A DNA stretch of 61,131 nucleotides from positions 1-61,131 of the forward strand of contig CAYQWZ010000007.1 in the NCBI GenBank assembly GCA_964421635.1. The letters run 5' to 3'. The notes below the pieces were generated by a model. It did no database searches, was not told where the DNA came from, and was given only the letters and a program-made list of their open reading frames with translations. Shown here piece after piece: positions 57,523 to 61,131 of the stretch. The stretch's first letter is position 1; every line of letters begins with the position of its first letter. The stretch is from an uncultured Candidatus Saccharibacteria bacterium (GTDB lineage: Bacteria > Patescibacteriota > UBA1384 > CAILIB01 > JAUSJZ01). The position numbers and the translations under genes are program-made.

Positions 57523-57598
57523 GGTGGGTGCGGATGGACTTGAACCATCGACCTCTACATTATCAGTGTAGTGCTCTAACCAGCTGAGCTACGCACCC
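57522..57598 (-). tRNA. tRNA-Ile (GAT), CCA encoded
   Basis: Minus strand GGGTGCG-TA-GCTC-AGCTGGTTA-GAGC-A-CTACA-CTGATAA-TGTAG-AGGTC-GATGG-TTCAAGT-CCATC-CGCACCC-A-CCA. Confidence 0.9.
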
Positions 57599-57629
57599 AA
57601 AATTTTCTTATTTTTTTATATTTGCGTAG

Positions 57630-57688
57630 TTATCAGTGTAGTGCTCCCTGCCTGCCGGCAGGCAGGTAACCAGCTGAGCTACGCACCC
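57630..57688 (-). pseudogene. duplicated 5' half of tRNA-Ile (positions 1-38) carrying the 20-nt palindrome in the D loop
   Basis: Identical to the intact gene from G1 through the anticodon loop, except for the insert between GGTTA and GAGC. Diverges immediately after CTGATAA. Confidence 0.7.
57647..57666. repeat. 20-nt perfect palindrome CCTGCCTGCCGGCAGGCAGG, copy 2
   Basis: Identical to 14729-14748. Removing it restores the tRNA-Ile D-loop sequence exactly. Confidence 0.9.
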
Positions 57689-57713
57689 CTAATACGCATT
57701 ATAGCTTAGCAAA

Positions 57714-58774
57714 TCAAATTCGACCTGTCCACAAAAACATCCGCATTTTTATCTTTAGCCTAAATGTATTAGCCCAAGCCGCTTGCGCATGATAAGAGCT
57801 TAACACTTGTTGTTTTTTGGGACCATTGGGCAGGTTTTTAACTTTCCAACGCCACTCGCTTATTGTGCGGCGACGCAATAAAACATACTCTGGCCGAACA
57901 ATAAAACCCACAAAATCAATGCCATCTGCTACCGGCCGAATAAGCTGTTTTTGGGGGTGAACATGCATCTGAAGTTGGGCAGCGACAAATTTAGTGATAG
58001 TACGACGGATAGTTTCCAGATATGAATAACTTTTGCCCAAAATCACAAAATCGTCCACATAACGAATATAGTACTTTATTTTTAGAGTATGCTTAATAAA
58101 TTGATCGAGCCGGTCCAGGTATACATTGGCGAAAAATTGGGATGTAAGATTGCCAATAGGCAAGCCTTTACCTTTGGCTACTGTAAACAGCGATTTATCC
58201 GCTGGCAATTGAGCAAAGAGACTAGGGCAACTTTGAATTTTGGGTGGGATATCGCGGGCACAGTCGTGAAAAATGATTGTTTTAGTTAACCATAAAATTT
58301 CGGCATTTTTAGTCTTTTTGGCTACTAAATTATACAAAATATATTGGTCAATGGAAGTGAAGAAGCTCTTAATATCCATTTGTAGATAATACGCGTCGTG
58401 GTGCCCCCTACTCTCTCTATCTCTCTCGATTTGGTTGGTGAATTGTTGCAAACGCCGCATAGCGTGGTGGGTGCCTTTGTTTTTACGACAGGCCCACGAA
58501 TCGTAGATAGATGGTGAACTACTCGATCACGAAAATCGGCGGCAAAGATTTCGCGTACTTTTGGTTTTCGGACAATAAAAGCAATTGAACGACCCGGCCG
58601 ATAGGTTCGATCGCGTAATTGCTTCTCCAAAGTAAGCAGGTTTTTTTCTAGATTTTCCGCAAACTGCAGATGATAAAACGACCGGCTTTTGCGTTTCCGA
58701 CAGTTAATATAGGCGCGGTATAAATTAGCAAAATCAAAATAGGTGGGTGACGAAATATGATCAGAAAGAGACAT
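57714..58774 (-). pseudogene. DGR-type reverse transcriptase, split by a frameshift with a short deletion near 58510
   Basis: The N-terminal frame reads MSLSDH...PKVREIFAADFRDRVVHHL. The second frame reads IYDSWACRKNKGTHHAMRRL ... LPIGNLTSQFFANVYL ... YIRYVDDFVILG (IGxxxSQ and YxDD). About 12 residues normally found between HH(A)L and (F/Y)DSYA are missing. Confidence 0.75.
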
Positions 58775-58787
58775 TTGTACCTTGTTG

Positions 58788-58915
58788 CCTGACACAGCGT
58801 ATGTAGTTAGTATTGGAATACTTGGTGTTGTTGTTCGTGTTGCCGTCATTCAGGTTCACATAGTACGCGTTTGTACTATTGTTGCTCGTGGCCGACCAAA
58901 AGTTGTTGGAGGGCT
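58788..58915 (-). repeat. DGR template repeat (TR)
   Basis: Lies directly upstream of the RT start. AAC/AAT-rich; conceptual reading is PSNNFWSATSNNSTNAYYVNLNDGNTNNNTKYSNTNYIRCVR. Homologous to 59463-59587. Confidence 0.7.
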
Positions 58916-59051
58916 AAATGCTACCGACTTCAATCACTCCACCAACCAGCCACGTCAGGCGTGGTAGGTTGATCTGAAACTATCCTCTCAATAATTGTCT
59001 GACCTGAGGGCGGTAGCCGTAACAAGGCAGATAGCATTCCCGATTATTAGC

Positions 59052-59426
59052 TTAAGCAAGATAATCGGCTCTTACACAAATGCCTTTTTCTGACCACTGA
59101 CACCATTTCTCAAATTGTTTTGATATATCTACTAATTGGGTAAAGAAATGTTGATAACTCTTCAAACTCATAACTTTTAAGTCTTTTAACATTCTCGCTT
59201 TGAATTTTACTTTTTCCACCAACATAAAACCGTCTTTTAGCAAAAGTGTTTTGTTTAGACTGCTATTGGCTTCAATAACCACATCTAGCATGGAGTTAAG
59301 TAATTGTTCTATTTGCATGGCCAACCCATATTTATAATCTTTAGGAAACCCTCTGGCAAGCTGAAAGAAATATATATTTAGGTCGTAGACGCTTTTATAA
59401 ATTGGCAAATGTTCGTAACGAGCCAT
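59052..59426 (-). CDS. avd: four-helix-bundle protein, DGR accessory variability determinant (Avd)-like
   Basis: 124 aa; MARYEHLPIYKSVYDLNIYFFQLARGFPKDYKYGLAMQIEQ pattern of the 23S-rRNA-IVS/Avd family. Sits between the target gene and TR. Confidence 0.75.
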   Translation of the reverse strand: MARYEHLPIYKSVYDLNIYFFQLARGFPKDYKYGLAMQIEQLLNSMLDVVIEANSSLNKTLLLKDGFMLVEKVKFKARMLKDLKVMSLKSYQHFFTQLVDISKQFEKWCQWSEKGICVRADYLA

Positions 59427-59459
59427 ACATAATAATTTAATAATTAAATAACCAAATTG

Positions 59460-61131
59460 TTACCTGACACAACGAACGTAGTCCGCAACCGTCATAGCGC
59501 TGTGGTTCGTGTAGCCACCACCTAAGTAGACGCCGTACGCACCCGTGCCACCGTTCTGCGTCAACGACCAGAAGTAGTAGGAGGGCTGGGTCAGATTCCA
59601 GTAAGCGCCGTCAATATAGGCTTGCTGAAGCTCTGTTTGGCTCGGCAGACGCCAACCATCACCCCGCTCAGAGCAGAGCTCGCTGGCAGTCTTACCACCC
59701 ACCGCCACGCTATTAGTATTGGTAGTAGAAGTAAAGGTAATAGTATCGTCACCCGTGCCGCTGGTTTTAGTAAGGGTACCACTCGCTTCAGGACTACCCG
59801 TACCCGTAGCGTATATATAACTACTGCTACTGTGGTCAATTGTCACAGTAAAAGTTTGGCCGTTATTGGTATAGGTGGCACCCGCCGAAGCGCTAGCTGA
59901 TGGTGAGAGATTAAACTTCATACTGCCGTCCCATGTCCATGTCGAACCACTAGAGGCGGCAAACTCCACCGTACCGGCGTTGTTTTTCAGGTAGTTGCTC
60001 CAAGTCAAACCGGTTCTGGGGTCGTAGCCGCCTCGCCCCGCTAGCGCGTCATCACCTGTCACTGGCGTGTCGTTGGCCGTCCAAGTTAGAGAGCAGTTAT
60101 CTGTTTCGTTCGCCGAGCCACTGCCAGCGTACCAGTCTTGCGTAGCGCAGGCGCCGGCCGGCGTTAGGTCGGTTACCGTGCCGCTGCCTGTAATTTGGCT
60201 GCCGTCATTGCTCCAGGCTACCTTGCTTGTCGCCACGTCGGCTGCGCTCGCTACTGTACCGGCTCCTGCTAAGGGATAGCTTGCCGAGGGGTACTCTCCT
60301 GTTAAACCAACTCCGAAAGCCGTTCCACTTTTGACTGTGCCAACGGAAAGATTAGTAGCGTTGTAGGTGCCGGAACTAGTGGCAGTGGTTAGTACAAAAC
60401 TTTGGTCTTCATCACCGTAGGTGTAGCCAACCACAGCATTGCCGGCAATACCGAAAATGGTTACTCCACTAACAATGTTGCCCGCGATAAGGTCGGTATC
60501 TACGACAGATAAGGTTGTAGCGGCGTAGTAGCCGGCTGCTACTGTTGTGCTACTTGCAGACAAAGTCTGGGTATCCATAGTTCCTGTAACAGAAGAGCCA
60601 TCTACCCAAGCCACTAGACCTGAGAGCAAATCACCGGCGGTAGCGGTACCGGTACTGGTATTAACCACATTGCTGTTGCCCACTACACCAAATATAGTTT
60701 TGCCAGAAAGAATGTTGCCTGTAACTAAGTCGGTGTCAACTGTTGCCAGAGTGGTAGCAGCGTAGTAACCAGCAGAGACGGTGTCGTTGGCAGCCGAGAG
60801 AGTATTAGTAGAGATAGTACCGGTAATTTCAGAACCATCTACCCAAGCCACTAGACCTGAGAGCAAATCACCCGCGGTCGCGGTACCGGTTGAAGTATTA
60901 ACCACATTTGAGTCACCCACTACTCCAAAGATGGTAGCACCACTTAAAATATTACCCGTAATAAGATCTGAATCCACCGCTGTTAGCGTAGTCGCGACGT
61001 AGTAACCAGCCGAGACTGTTGTGCTGTCTGCTGAAAGAGTGTTGGTAGAGATGGTGCCGGTAACGGCCGAGCCATCTACCCAGGCGATCTTGCCAGATAG
61101 CAGGTCACTGGCTGTAGCTGTTCCTGTTGAA
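59460..61131 (-). CDS. DGR target protein (5'-truncated by window end): tandem 79-aa repeats + C-terminal CLec/FGE-like VR domain
   Basis: The frame is open to the window edge; the track start at 60977 is an internal GTG. The C-terminus is ...GWRLPSQTELQQAYIDGAYWN...YVRCVR. Confidence 0.75.
   Translation of the reverse strand, partial: STGTATASDLLSGKIAWVDGSAVTGTISTNTLSADSTTVSAGYYVATTLTAVDSDLITGNILSGATIFGVVGDSNVVNTSTGTATAGDLLSGLVAWVDGSEITGTISTNTLSAANDTVSAGYYAATTLATVDTDLVTGNILSGKTIFGVVGNSNVVNTSTGTATAGDLLSGLVAWVDGSSVTGTMDTQTLSASSTTVAAGYYAATTLSVVDTDLIAGNIVSGVTIFGIAGNAVVGYTYGDEDQSFVLTTATSSGTYNATNLSVGTVKSGTAFGVGLTGEYPSASYPLAGAGTVASAADVATSKVAWSNDGSQITGSGTVTDLTPAGACATQDWYAGSGSANETDNCSLTWTANDTPVTGDDALAGRGGYDPRTGLTWSNYLKNNAGTVEFAASSGSTWTWDGSMKFNLSPSASASAGATYTNNGQTFTVTIDHSSSSYIYATGTGSPEASGTLTKTSGTGDDTITFTSTTNTNSVAVGGKTASELCSERGDGWRLPSQTELQQAYIDGAYWNLTQPSYYFWSLTQNGGTGAYGVYLGGGYTNHSAMTVADYVRCVR
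59463..59587 (-). repeat. DGR variable region (VR) at the 3' end of the target gene
   Basis: Encodes PSYYFWSLTQNGGTGAYGVYLGGGYTNHSAMTVADYVRCVR-stop. Aligns with TR apart from one codon indel. Confidence 0.7.
60504..61131 (-). repeat. in-frame tandem coding repeats, 237-nt (79-aa) period, at least 2.6 copies in the window
   Basis: Units are VD(S/T)DL(I/V)TGNILSG.TIFGVVG.SNVVNTSTGTATAGDLLSGLVAWVDGS..TGT..T.TLSA...TV.AGYYAATTL. Nearly identical nucleotide blocks occur at 60547-60765 and 60781-61002. Confidence 0.85.

Noticed and set aside
58782-58967. The 61-aa plus-strand ORF between avd and RT.
   Set aside because: It is the antisense reading of the template repeat, with no SD. The extra N-terminal 25 aa of track ORF 58325-58849 is likewise just TR read through.
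60504-61131. The repeat array as a possible CRISPR or non-coding satellite.
   Set aside because: The 237-nt units are contiguous without spacers, in frame, and encode a coherent 79-aa protein repeat continuous with the DGR target ORF.
1-61131. Chimeric assembly as the explanation for the GC-rich blocks.
   Set aside because: The blocks are short and recur about ten times. Each is flanked on both sides by AT-rich backbone genes in conserved order (for example inside the dcw cluster), and each carries the same promoter/terminator style as the backbone. Only read mapping can exclude chimerism formally.

Overview
This is an AT-rich, gene-dense bacterial chromosome segment. From gene content and style (no search was possible) the backbone looks like a small-genome Patescibacteria/CPR-type organism. 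Backbone genes cover translation (argS, tyrS, glyQS, rpmB, tRNA-Phe, tRNA-Ile), DNA replication and repair (holB, radA, recJ, recO, dinB), and a class A PBP. A long minus-strand dcw/peptidoglycan cluster runs mraZ-ftsL-ftsI-murF-mraY ... murD-ftsW-murG-murC-murB-ftsQ. There is also an ATP-grasp / 7TM / metallopeptidase cluster.

Four things stand out on top of this backbone:
- **DGR (57.7-61.1 kb, minus strand).** A complete-looking diversity-generating retroelement is present: target gene with a C-terminal variable region (VR), Avd-like gene, Asn-codon-rich template repeat (TR), and reverse transcriptase (RT). The RT carries a frameshift and the TR/VR differences are not adenine-exclusive.
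- **TLD-only ssrA-like gene (14.7-14.8 kb).** A tRNA-sized gene has both conserved ends of tmRNA but no mRNA-like domain.
- **20-nt palindrome.** An identical perfect palindrome (CCTGCCTGCCGGCAGGCAGG) is inserted precisely into that gene and into a duplicated 5' half of tRNA-Ile.
- **GC-rich cassettes.** About a dozen discrete GC-rich single-gene (or structured-RNA) cassettes are embedded in the AT-rich backbone. Each has its own sigma70-like promoter, SD and GC-rich hairpin terminator, and most encode proteins with no recognisable motif.

All protein calls rest on motifs recognised by eye. No database search, covariance model or GC computation was run.
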